From Paraspadella gotoi (Eukaryota; Animalia; Chaetognatha), in assembly GCA_051294375.1 (NCBI GenBank), contig CM119271.1:3379061-3443060 (forward strand): a stretch of DNA of 64,000 bases. Reading direction: 5' to 3'. The notes under the pieces are model-generated. The model was not told where the DNA came from, did no database searches, and saw only the letters and a list, made by a program, of their open reading frames with translations. How positions within the stretch are numbered: position 1 is the first letter of the stretch; the number at the start of each line of letters is the position of its first letter. The position numbers and the translations under genes are program-made. Below are positions 1 through 12,800 of this stretch, in pieces.

Positions 1-111
1 GAATTTAACCGTTTACTTTAGATTTAAATCGATTGAAATAGCGCTGAAAATAGCTTGAAAATAATATAATTTTGTAGAACGAATATTCAATTACAACAAA
101 AACTAATTTAC

Positions 112-3100
112 CTGCCACTGAATGGGTCCGATGTTGCAGGACAAACCATGTTGTTAAGATTAATGCCGGACAAAATAGCAAGTCCTTGCAAAGGAACCCA
201 ATGATATAAAAACATGAGTCCCGTCATAAATACGGAATAACTCCAATCATCCCACGTCTCGTAGGTATAAAGACCTGAAAACAAATCGTTTAATAATTTT
301 CAGAGAATTTTAATGTTCAACTAAACTCGCACAGCATCCGTTCGTGAAACAGAATCCTGCAATTAAAGTTAAAATTCATGTTCATTCCAATAAACTTTTT
401 TTTCCATATTTATACTTGTACTTGGCTGAACCATCGCGGTTTCTTTGTGAGTGTAAAAAAAATACGAGTAACGACCTGTTCTTCCACATCGGCCGAAAGC
501 CTTAATTATAAAGACCGGCTAGACTCGGTCAATCAACTTCGAGCAACGGATCCTACAACCATCTCCGTTTCGACTGACTTCAATTGGTAAGGGCATGCGG
601 GTACTCAACATTCCCGATAGAAGTCGACTGACGATCGTTCAAACTCCATCTTTATTCAACCTATATACTAAATAAAATTTCGGTATTGTCCGTATCAACA
701 GACACTAAGCCATAAGATGATTAGCTAGTTATATACAGTTCGACGTTACCCTGAGTAATCTATCAGTGAAAGCTGAGAAAACTTTTAAACCAAAGCCATT
801 AAAAAACAAAACAGCTTTTTAATTCACATCAAAACAGCAACTCGTAAGAAAGAGGATGGGCTAAAATCTTAGCAATAGCCACGACAATCTACTTTCACAA
901 CAAGCTAGTTTTTTACTTTACAATTGAATTAATAGGTAATAAGAATATTATAAAATTAATTTAAAATTTTCTGTAATCATACAGAACAATCTGGCTAATA
1001 AGATTGGCGAACCATGAAATATTTCACAATAAAATTGAGCAAAATTTAATATAAATTATCTTTACATTTAAAAAATGTAAACACCAAAAAATATTATGGA
1101 TGATGTATCCGCGCTAAAAGAGAATGAAAATAACACGGAAAAATAAAAACTGGTGAAAAATTAAATAAAAATAACATTAGCAATGTGATAAACCTCATTG
1201 ATTGGTTAACGCAAATAATTAATTAAAACGCTGATCCCATTACTACATTACTACAATTGCAATAAAAAATTGACCTAAACTTCACAAAAAAAATGGAGCA
1301 TCGAGAAACGGACAAGTGGGGGTGGTCACGAAGCGATGTACTCTTGAATGGCGCTGGGCAATGGTAAGGCTGAGACATTGGCAAGGTTCTTATCTCCCAC
1401 GTGACTCCGTATGGTTCGCCGACAAAGAGCGGCAAGCGAAACCGGTTCCGGAGCTAGCCCACCAAGATACTTGTAAGAAACCTCGGCGTGACCCCAGACA
1501 ACGTTGACAATGGGGTAAAGGGTTTTCCCCTTGAGTCCATGAAACGCGACGCCCATGTACTCGTCGTCAACGACGAAGGCCAGGGTTCCGGCGTCCATGT
1601 CGAGGATCATGACGAAGCTGTCGGGGATCGTCATCTCTTCGTTGGCCTTGACGTCGTGTAAGGGATAAGGGTCAGAGTTGTTGTTATTAGAATCAGCGTG
1701 GTAAAGCCGCTTGCGTCCAATGTCCCAGCCCCAGCTGTCCGAGGTGGATCCGACCACGGATGAATAACCGTAAGCGTGCACGGGGGCGGTGATCTCGGCC
1801 ACGCCCACGACGGCGTGGGTGCCGCGCTGGCGCATGCTCCAAGTGATGCGCCACGCGTGGACGCCGTTCGAGTATCCGACCCGGCCGCGAACGCAGTCCG
1901 TGCTTTGGGCGACGGGGTGGCGGTGGATCGTGGTCGGGTCCTCGTCCTTGACGAAGATGTTGAGAGATCGATCGACGGGATTCCAAGCGTGAAATTCTTG
2001 CGTCTCCTGGTTGACGGGAGGCAAATCGAGGAGGAGATCGACGCGGTGCGGCTTCGGCAGGCGATCCTTGCGGCGGCGAGGAGAAGTTGCGTGGTTACGA
2101 TTCTGCTCGGCGCCGCTGGCGTAGCACACGAAGGTTCTGCCGCCGTTGCCGCCGAGGGAAGAAGATTTCTGACCCATTTCCGGGAAGGAGGGATAGTTTT
2201 GACGGACAGGGTTGCCGGAACGCATCAACGCGAACGAGGAAAGGCCCGCAGATGCGACGCCTTTCATGAGGGATCCGACGAGATTGGTTTCGATCGAATT
2301 TCGATCGAAAGTCGAAGTCTTTTTTATTTATTTATTTTTTTTATTTTCTTCTTTGGCAAGGAGTTCGCCAATCTTTAAATTTTTTTCTTTTCGATTTCGA
2401 AGATACTTTTTTAATCGGTAATCTCGACGAATAATCCCACCGCAAAAACCAAAGCGAAGCCAAATATTCAGAGCGAGATAATTTTTTCCCTCTCTCTCGC
2501 TTTCAAAATCTCGAACAGTTTCGTGTCCGATTGAATTTTTTTTCTTTGCTGTTAATTTTGAATGTTTATGTTACGCGGTTGGTCACGTGAAAAGCCAGTG
2601 AATGAATGAGAGAGGAAGTTTGATATCGAATGTCGAATTTCTGGCGAGTTAACGAAGAGAGAGAGAGAGAGACTGAGATATCGAGTCGAGATCGAAGGAT
2701 GAAGAGGCGAGTGAGCCAGAGTGAGAGAAAGGGAAAGGCCTATTCACAGTCGGACGTGAATCAACAGACGAGAGAAGACGAAAACCCACCGAGAGGGGTT
2801 TAGCCCTTCGTCCAGGAAAAAAAAAAAATACTGGAGAGAAAGAGACACGCTTTTCTATTCTTTTTTTTACGTCCGTAGTGAAAGAGAGCGAAAGTGCAAT
2901 ACGGGAAAGTGAGCGAGCACGAAAGTCCAAGAAAAAACCGGAATTTGGGCCCCTAAAAAAAGCCGAGTATTAAAGCGCGAGGTAAAGGTTTTGCTTGCGT
3001 GTTTATCGATTGTCGGAGGAAATGAATCAGTATTTTTTTCTCCTTAGATTTTTTTTTTCCTTGAAGGCGAATTTTCGTAGTTCTACGGAATTTTTTTTTC

Positions 3101-3574
3101 TCTAGAGAAACGAGTTATATTTATTCTGGTATAAAAGTAGCAGCGGATTATTCTCTTTGTTTAATTATATATTTTTGTTTTCGGTTTAACCTTCTTTCTC
3201 TTTTTTTTTTTTTTTTTTTCAAAACAAAGATCTCGTGGGAATCCGACCAGACACCGGAAGAAGAAACAACCGAGATACACACACGAAGCCGCGATTTTAA
3301 GGCTTTTTTTTTTCTTTCTTTGCTCGAATCTCGACTTTTTTCTCTTTCTCCCTTTTTTAACGAGTCGAATCGAAAAAAAAAAGAAAAAAAAAGAAAGATA
3401 AGGGTTCTCTGTCTTTCGGGCGGGGAAGAGAAGAAGATCAACGAGGGGGAAGAGGAACAAAGAGAAAAGAGAGAAAAAAAGAATAAAGAGAAACAAAGAA
3501 AACTCGATTTCGAAGGGGGACACGTCACTTCGCCATGCGTCACGACACGACCCAACGCGACAAAGGAATACGGG

Positions 3575-3622
<48 letters not shown>

Positions 3623-6109
3623 CATCCCACGTGTCGAGACCTCGCGCCGAGGGGTTTCGCACGAACCCCCAGATTTATAATCGAGTATAAACTTTTTTCT
3701 TTCAAAAGGCCAACGAGATCTCGGGTGGGTTCGACGGAGATTTGCGACGTAATAGTGGAAGGGGCGCCCCCCCCCCACTATAAGAGCTTAGTAGGGTGGA
3801 TGACGGAAAATATCACAGGGCCTCGCTATCGAGCCCCCCCCGTTTCATTTGTCTTTATAAAAGTGTATGGTTTCTCACCCTCTAGCTCACTCTTGCGGGC
3901 CGAGCGAGTCGAGTCTTATTAGCGAACAAGGATTCGTTGGATCAGACGTCATCGCGCACGAGGAGAGAAAGAAATAAAATCAAAACTGATTACGTCAAGG
4001 GTGAAAAAAAAAAACCTTTTTAGCAGCCACATTATGATTTAACCAAATTTTAATATAAACACTTTTAAACGTTAGAATGGATAACCACGGGAGATTTTAG
4101 AATACTAATTAGAACCAAATAAAAATCGTAACTGTTATTCTGAGCTAAACCCGCAAGACTTTTTTTTTCCTATAAGCATAGTAAATTTCATTAAGTAACG
4201 TTTAATATTTAGAATATATTTAGAAAGAGATAGACCCGACTCGTCAAAAGTGTCGGATGCTAAACTCCTAGGGAACCAAGAATGACGCGGGGATCACGAA
4301 CTGACTGATGGAAAACAATGTTGCCCATCTTGTAGCCAATTTCCAGAAAACGTATCGTTGAATCCGCGTTTCAACTTACCACTTTTTAGAAGATACAGCG
4401 GCACCACCAGTATGAGCGTGTGCTGAATATAGTAAGTGGCAACTTCGAACGGCATTAATCTAGTGTGAACTACCGGAAACAGCAGCGCCATCGTGGGTCC
4501 GTTCAAAACTTGACAAAGACATCTGCGAAACAAATTGTCACAGAATTAAATCTAAACCCACCAAGCCGCGCTCACCTCTTCCACTCACCTAAAAATGATC
4601 AAGACGGTTCTACTCGGCGCTGCTGCTAACACGTAGATCTCCACTATCGTTATTAAGTGACAAGGATTGAGAACCTACGACGAAATTTCGAGGGGGGGGG
4701 ACGTCAACGATTCGAGAGAGCAGGTTTATTAGTATTTTTTTTTTTACCCAGATCATCTGATTGGAGGCTAATTTGTAACCCATTTCCATCCCAAAGCAAA
4801 GGGAAAGGCAAACGAGTAGACAGACTTTGAGGGCGGGATCTCTGCGTTGGACGACTTCGACAGGGACGGGATTGCTGATGAGACGTTCCTGGGAGATAAT
4901 GACTCAATGAGCAAAGAGAAACTTATGCAATTGATACAACCAATTTTAGGTTTTTTTTATATAAATAGTCATATATAGTTAGGATTTTTTTCTCTGAAAA
5001 TACGTTCTCTCTCGCTCGCTCGCTCGCTCGCTCGCGCTCTCTTTTAAAAATGTCTTTTTAGAGCGTCTGGAATTTAAAGTTATAAAGTGGCGCGTTTTTT
5101 TTTCACATGAGTGAAAATGTACAGGGGTGGGACCATATATCGAGACAAAACTTAACGTCCTGCCCTGTCTGAACGATTTGAGATACAATAATAGGTACCA
5201 CAAGATTTTTCTGTCTTTATACTTTCATATGCAATGAAACAATAACAAATTTTAAACAACTACAGGGCGTTGTGGATGTTTTCAAATCATTTAGTCATTT
5301 TTATACGCGCACCTTAAATGGCATAGTACAAAAGCAATACTTGTTAATATTTTTCAGTGGTCGTTTCTGAACATGACAGTGTTATGTCTTATCTTCAATT
5401 GACCTGATTTTAAACTTTTCATCACTATCCAAATTAAACTTATTTAATTTTTTTTCAGGTAAGTAAGACAAAATTTTAAGAAGATAATAGGCCTTTATCG
5501 TCAAATACTTTATGTATTTCTTACCGTTTTGACCCTTTTATTATGCATTCAGAAATCTTACATGATTAACTTACTTATCTGATAATATCATTAATAATTT
5601 TTTTGATTAAAGTAAGTTTTAATAAAAATGAAACCAAAACAGTAACTTATCCGAACCTTACCTGCTTACTTAAAATTATTTTAAACCAAAATGCAATGAA
5701 TACCTTGCCAGAAGCATTATTATTTTCAAAAAAATATTTTTAACTGTTATGTCTTAGAATGATTTTATCCCAATAGCCAGGAATAGGCGAGACATCACCT
5801 TCATTGTTGCTTATCCTATTTTTTAAGATATATTTTGAATGATTAAGTTAAACACACCAAAGGGTATATCTATCTCTCTCCCTTTCTCTCTACCTGAATT
5901 CTTTTCCAGCCCCACTTCATCTCCATCAGGACGACGGGGAGAATCACCCCCGTCTCGACGATCTTTTGGAGGGTGGGTATGTAGTAGACGCATGCGTCTC
6001 CGCAGTTGGCTGGGAGGCTACAATTGACGCCGGCGTAGGTCCACTCGAAAAAGGAGGATCTTTGCGGGACGGACATCGTGGGGACCCCGCCCTCCGAAAC
6101 GAGCGGCAT
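112..6109 (-). CDS. TMEM164: TMEM164 membrane protein, multi-exon, 3' end beyond left window edge
   Basis: Exons 6109-5894, 4888-4748, 4674-4589, 4522-4380 and 274-112 splice in phase with GT-AG ends. Peptides [40 protein letters not shown] and [34 protein letters not shown] match remembered TMEM164 motifs (LLNPCH, NLNNMLCPAISDPF). Confidence 0.92.
1326..2267 (-). CDS. SPSB1: SPRY domain and SOCS box protein (SPSB1/4, gustavus-like), intronless CDS nested in a TMEM164 intron
   Basis: 313-aa ORF with [46 protein letters not shown] and VWGHAEV (SPRY), plus a C-terminal SOCS box [13 protein letters not shown]...[11 protein letters not shown]. Confidence 0.95.
   Translation of the reverse strand: MKGVASAGLSSFALMRSGNPVRQNYPSFPEMGQKSSSLGGNGGRTFVCYASGAEQNRNHATSPRRRKDRLPKPHRVDLLLDLPPVNQETQEFHAWNPVDRSLNIFVKDEDPTTIHRHPVAQSTDCVRGRVGYSNGVHAWRITWSMRQRGTHAVVGVAEITAPVHAYGYSSVVGSTSDSWGWDIGRKRLYHADSNNNNSDPYPLHDVKANEEMTIPDSFVMILDMDAGTLAFVVDDEYMGVAFHGLKGKTLYPIVNVVWGHAEVSYKYLGGLAPEPVSLAALCRRTIRSHVGDKNLANVSALPLPSAIQEYIAS
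2268..4000 (-). promoter_or_regulatory. Probable 5'UTR/promoter region of the nested SPSB gene
   Basis: Non-coding, CpG- and GA-repeat-rich stretch directly upstream of SPSB, with an E-box GTCACGTGA near 2582 and CRE-like ACGTCA motifs near 3521, 3947 and 3992. Function is inferred only. Confidence 0.35.
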
Positions 6110-6800
6110 ATGGGTGGGCGGCGAGTGACGACCAAGGAGAGAGAGAAAGAGAGAGAGAGTTTCGGTCGCTCCCGTTTTTAAGACGACGATGAGATCATTC
6201 CAGAGACGCAATCGATTTTTCTTTGACTTTGTTCGTTCTTTGGTGGATTTTTATAGATTTTACTTACTTACACAGGTCGTGTCTTTCGAATTTTTTTTTT
6301 TTTTTTTTTCTAGATTCTTCTTAAATTTTTGAGATCAAACGCGTTCGAAAAATTATCTATAATTAAAATTTTTCAACCCCCCCGAGTTTGTGACGTTCCT
6401 CGAACGACATCTCGCGGATGCGTCGACGCTTCCTCTTCATCCGCTCGTGAAGGTCGAAGCTCGGACATCCGGCAGAAAGATTTATTTTTTTGTAAGGGGA
6501 GGGAAGGGGAGGCGCGTCCATGGGAGGGGGAGGGGGTTGAAGGGCGGTGTACAATCTCTGAGCAATATCGGATTTAAAAACTGAGATTAAAAAAAAAATC
6601 AAAATAGTAACTTGAATTTATTTTTCATTTCGTCAAGACAATTCAGCTTCGCAAGGGAGTGGGTGATGTTACGTTAGCGGAGGATTTACAGCGAATATCA
6701 ATTGTAGTATTTACAGAATACACGCGTCGGAGTTTTGCATATTGAAATGCAAAAAATTCTGTCTCTCTCTTTTTCTCGTTCATCAACCCTATTTTACTTA

Positions 6801-9800
6801 TTAACGTCTGCATTTGAGAATTCTTTCGTATTCCGGGACCTTGTCAAGCTCGCTCTCCAAATAGCCGTACTTTTGTTTGAGAAGCAGTTTGCTCATCTCG
6901 AACTCTTCTCCCATACGAACGATGGGAAGCTCCGATCCTCTCGGGAAGGGATGTAAACGAAGTGGAGCGTCCGGCTAGAGAACAACAACAACAACAAAAA
7001 CTATGGTAAAAAGTTGAAAACGATATTTCATATTTTTTCATAATTTTGAAATACAACTATGGGGTGAACTTAGGTAATATTTTGCCTGATTAACTGAGCA
7101 AAGTGTTACTGAAATTGCCTAGGTAAAGAAATGATTTTTCTTAATTAATATAGGCAATTTCTGAATAAAAATATTTTGCTTATATTTATTTTTAAGGATA
7201 AATAAAACAATGAAATTAAAACAATAAAAGAAAATATATTATCAACTATATTTTCAATTTATTATTACTATATTTTAAGCCTAAAAATACTTTTTCCCAG
7301 ATGGCATGGAATATGAGTATAAGCATTAAGTATGTAAACTACTTGGCTACTACCAGACCCAGAACCAATAAAATTATTAAAGAAGATTAATTCATTGATA
7401 ATTAAAAAAATTAACAGATGATAAAGAAATTAGTAATAACAATAAGGATGCATACATTTAAAGAGATTTGCAATGTAACGTATTCAGTTTTATCCTGATA
7501 TGATTGACAAGATTAAAACCTTGATCAAAGATGATGTAAAAATGTACTCAAGTCGCCCAAAAATGTTTTGTATCTTATTTAGAATGTTAAAGCTCATTAG
7601 AATTCTTTGCAGAATTTGATATGGATTACTCAATACCTCCCTAGCTGATTATATTAAAAAATTCGAGCTCGATATGGAAAGTAAATATCGACTTTATCGT
7701 ATGGATATGATTTTCAAATAAAAAAAATCTAAAAAAATTCTCCTTCTATTTTTTTATCATTAACAAAAATTTTAATAAAAATGACATTCGTGAACATACT
7801 GAAAAATGTTTATCTTAATTAAAAACAACTATATAATAGACTCCAACCCCTGTCACCAAACACCAAATACCAAACATATTTTTAGCTATTAATTTTTTTT
7901 TATAAAATTCTTTTATCTTTCATTAAAAATATTTGGGCTAAAACTAATTAAATTTTAATGTTGAGCAAATTAAAGTTTTATATTTGATAAAGATTTTGTT
8001 TAAAAATAAATTTTATATGAAAATTTGCAAAATTACTTGTTTATAATGTTTAACTATCTTATATTTTTATATTTTATGAATGTTTTACTATTTAAACTAT
8101 ATTATTTAATTATATATATATTACTTTTTAAAAATATTATTTGCTTATTATATTTAATAACTCATTTTGGGAGGCGGATGTCAGTGTTGTCTTCTGGAAA
8201 TAGAGGGAGCATCTATACAACATAAGGTTAGACTACAATAGAATAAAATTAGACTACAATATTTAATTTAATATTATTTGGCTTCAAATTATTAAAGATA
8301 AACTTTCCCTTTTAAATCTTAGCAAATTAGATAATAAGTTTATCAGTTATATCTTAGTTTTAAAGATCCTTTCCTCAATTAAAAATTGCCTACTTTTATT
8401 CAGTTAACTACTAGGTAAACCAAAAAATTGTCTATTACCTATTTAAGAAAAAATCTTTGCCCAAGTTCACCCCTTAGTCCCCCATAACTTATGCCATAGC
8501 GTATACCAGTTTTTTTGTGTTTTTTTTTCGTTCCAATAACGAAAAGAAATAAACGCTAACAGAAACACACAGACCTTCATCCACAATATTCCTACCATAA
8601 ACAAGCGAAAGTATGATTCTCTGTTCTCCTCAATGCCTATGTTGAGCCGGTCGGTAGCTCTTAAGTCGATGGCATCGTATAAAAACGCTTTGGGATTCAT
8701 GAGGCCGAAGAGCCATCCGCCGAATGCTCCGAGGACCAAAAAACCAGGAACGAATCGAATGTCTTTTCTCGAGGTCCCTGGAAACAAAAAAAATTAAATA
8801 AAACGCACATACAGAAAGCTGCATATTACAAAATGAGTCGTGCTTTTTTGTGACCAGAATCTATTCCAACCAAACTACCCGGGGCCAAAAAGAATATTTT
8901 TCCCCCCATTTTTTTACAAAGAATTTTGAATTGTTACAACGATTTTATTATGATTAAGTTGCAGACATGTTTCGACTCAGAGATTTTCGAGTCTTCATCA
9001 GCGCTTTTTGACAGTTGTGAATACCATGGATACCCCCCATTTTTAAAATTTTTTAGTAGCATCCGGTGCATTGACGTCTTAAAGTTAAACTTATATACAT
9101 AAATCCATGCATAAAAACATACACGTATAAAAAAATCTTAAAGTATAGTAATCTCGCCAGACGTTACTATAAAAAAAAAATTAATAAAAAAAACAAAAAG
9201 ATGTATAATGATGTAATAGTAATTGATTGATTGATGTAATAGTAATTGATTGATTAATATAATAATAATTTATTTATTGATGTAATAATAATTTATTGAT
9301 ATAATAATAATAATCTTTTTGTAGAGTTATCGCATGCACTGTTTAATTATTGATTAAAAAAGTCGAATTCGGGATCAAGTGCAGTATATTTTTTTTTATT
9401 GAAAACCAATATTTCGATCTTACTTGACAGATCATCGTTCAGGGTAAAAATGAAATGAAGGAAAAAAAAGAGCTAAGAAAGAAAGAAAGCAGGTGTGAGT
9501 AAAACAATACAACAGGGTTTTGCAGTGTCCAGTGTCGACCGCTCTCTTATGCTCTGCAGTACGGGTATCGAAGCTTCGTCTAGTTTCACTGACAAACTGC
9601 TTTTGGACTGCATGAGCAGGCAAACCGATAAACGACTTTGCCTTTCAGCGGGTCAGGCTTTGATTTGTTCTTTGAACAAAGGATATTAGACAGGGTCTGT
9701 CCACTTTTACTAAAAAGGTTTGCCCCCACTTTGGCAAACGCACGCTGCAATTTCTGGGTCACCCCTGGAACATAGGGCAACGTAGCATATGGACAAAGCT

Positions 9801-12800
9801 GTATGTTTTCATCATTATGAAATGGAAGAATTGCAAAAAGGCTTCTTGTTTCTTGCAGCGTTATTTCCCATTCAGGTCTGGCCGAGCATCGTCAGCACTG
9901 CTCAGCCCCATTTGACTGGACGCCGGACATCCTCTCATGTCCACGCATCAAAGACCCATCTAGCCTTAGCCACCACCTAAAGGTGGAAGAGGCCTTATGG
10001 ATCAGACGCCTTGATTGTGGCCCGGGCAGAGGCCTCAATGAAGACATGGGGTCTTATCTCAAAACCGATACATGGAAACCGATCCTTAATTCCCTGGGAG
10101 GAAATGAGACTTGTCTTTTTGGTGTTCTTTTTGTAAATATTTTTCTCATTTTTTATTTTTACATGTACACATCTTTGTGGCTTCTGGGATTTCACGTTGT
10201 TTGCTGTATTCTCCATCTAATGCAGATCCCGAGCTTGTGGCTGTTCTGGAAGCCTTGGCGGCCCCTCTCAAAGATTCAGTGACCATTGTTGGCCTCTTCC
10301 TTCAACACAGCCATAGTTAAAGCTTGTCGCTCCATCATCCAGTCGGCTCCCAAGGAACTCAAGCCCACTCTTTCAGATGCGGGTCCTTCGGCGGAGTTCT
10401 TTTTTGGAAATTGCGCTACGGATGTTACTGCTGCAATTCATTCCTTCCTGTTCAGGAGTCAAGCTCCTCGACCCAAGATTATTTCCAGTGAGACGGGGCG
10501 CTTCATCAGGTTGCGCTTCCCCAGCAGAAGATTTCCGCTCTCAGATTTTTGACTTCATCCCTCTAAGAAGGGACCACTTCATCAGCCCGCCAGGTTCTTC
10601 AGCTCATGGGTCATGTGGCTGCAGCCATCCCAGCGTCTCCGATTCTCTGCTGCAGATTGGCCCGGATTCAGCAGGATCTCAACCTTGTTTATCGGGAGAG
10701 GGATTTGGAGAGAATGGTTCTCTTCTCGGAGGCTGCAAAGAAGGAACTTCTTTGAATTTCGATGCTCAATGCGGGGGCTTGTTCGGCGCTGATCAACGAC
10801 CTTCTTCCAGAGATGTGCACTTTGGAAGTGACAACGGAGGGTTGGGTTTCCTTTTTTGCGGAATCCTTCACCAAGGAGTTTGGGAGGATGTGGTTCCCCC
10901 TCTCCATATATCTGTGAAGGAATACATGGTGCTGCTCAAGTTCCTGCGTTCCTTCGGTGATCAGATTTGCGACAGCATTCTGTGGAAGATGGACAGTTAG
11001 TAGATGTCCCTCGCTTGTCTCCGACGTTGTTGCAACCATTCGCTGGTTCTTCACAAGATTGTGTCAGAATCTCTTCTCCTTGCGGAATCTCTACGGAACT
11101 GCATTGTGGGTGTTCACATTCCCTCAAAGGAGAACTTGGTTGCAGATGCAGCTTCCCGCGGGAGAGCAGTTCAGGATTGGCACTTGGATCCTCAAGTTTT
11201 ACGTCAGATTGCCGGGACCTTTGGTCTCCCTCAGATGGACCGATTTGCGACGAGTCCCTCTTGTCAGGTTCCCCGCTTCTTCTCTTGGAAGATGCGGAGG
11301 CGTTTGATGCCCTGAGTCAAGTCTGGGCCTTTGATCAAGCTTTCGTTTTTCCTCCCCTCCGATCCCTCAGGCGATCCTTAAGTTGAGGGAGGCAGTGGAG
11401 GAGTTTCTGTTGGCGACTCCGTTTTGGCCAGCCCAGAAGTTGTTTCCATCCTTGCTGGATCTTCATGTGCTGGAGGTGCCTTCGAGGAGATCAAGCTTCT
11501 GTGACGGATGTGCTGGATTATTTCACCCATCTTAGAGACAACAGATTGTACTACAGCACCATCAATTTGCATATATCGGCGATTTCTGCAACTTTGGTGG
11601 AGGGTGCTCCTATCAGTCAGCACCCATTTGTTTGCCATCTACTCAAGTTTTTCAGCTATGGCGACCCTCGTGCCGGATCTACCAAGTTTGGAGTGTGGCT
11701 GCGGTTTTGCGTGTTTTTGACGTGATGTCATTTTCTTTATCACCTTATGACATTTTATGCAAAACTACGTTTTTTCTTGCTTTGGCTTCCGCCAGGCAAC
11801 CTTCTGAATTTGTCTCATTGCGATGTGGTCGGGACCAAGAGGTTTTGGTTGAGGATCATGTACGTTTCGTGCCCTCCAGGCTTTCCAAGACGGATCGGAT
11901 TCGTCATCTTGGCCCTGTTTTTTGTTTGGATCGACTAACCGGTTCTGTTAGATGCCCGATCCTGGCCTTGCGTTCCTGGTTGTCCGTCAGACAAGCTCTA
12001 CGGCCTCAGCATAATTTTCACTCATCTTCCCCAGCGCCACCTTTTGGACCTTTGTCTCTCCAGCGTTTTGCTGCTCTGATCAAGTCAGTCTTTAGAGATG
12101 CGGACATTGACACACCTCCTGGATCTACTTGCGCTATGGCAGTTTCGGAGGCCTTCGACGAAGGAATGCACTAGGATGTCATCCTGTGCTGGAGATTGGT
12201 TGGGCGCTCAGACCTTCTTCCACTTTTATTGTCGGGAGTCGACTTGGGGCTACTCTCGGCGGGGTCTTGTGGATGAGTGATTTTCCTTTCCGATGCATCT
12301 GAGAGGAGGAGAAGAGCAGGAGGAGTCTGCTCCTTCTGCTTTTCTCTTTTGTCTTTGTGGACACACGACATCTGGAACAGAGCATCGGCGTGCTGGAGAG
12401 GAGCCATGAAGAATCCCGGTAGCATTTGTAACCATGAATTGTTTTGCAAATAAAACAAACAAACGAGTGTAGAAGCTATATTTACATTTTTAGCTTCCTA
12501 TTGTTACTTTTACAATTTGCGATGGTAAAAAAGCGTGACGACAACGACGACATCGGTCACGAAGCAGAGGCGAGCCAAAATCACGCCAAGACAGGCTTAA
12601 GCCCGTCTGGTGAAATAAAAACCATTTTAGATCGAAAATTAAGAAATTTTCGCTCATTCAGCAATTGTTTGAAGATGCATTATTCGTTTTTCTTCCAATT
12701 TTCCCAGAATTATTCCAAATCTGACTTGAACCACTGATGTTCATAAACCTAAAAATTAAGGTTAACTAATATTTTTGTGGTAATAAATACGTTTTTGTGT

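Noticed and set aside
3148-3922. Long overlapping ORFs on both strands
   Set aside because: Products of GA and poly-A/T low-complexity sequence with no protein-like content.
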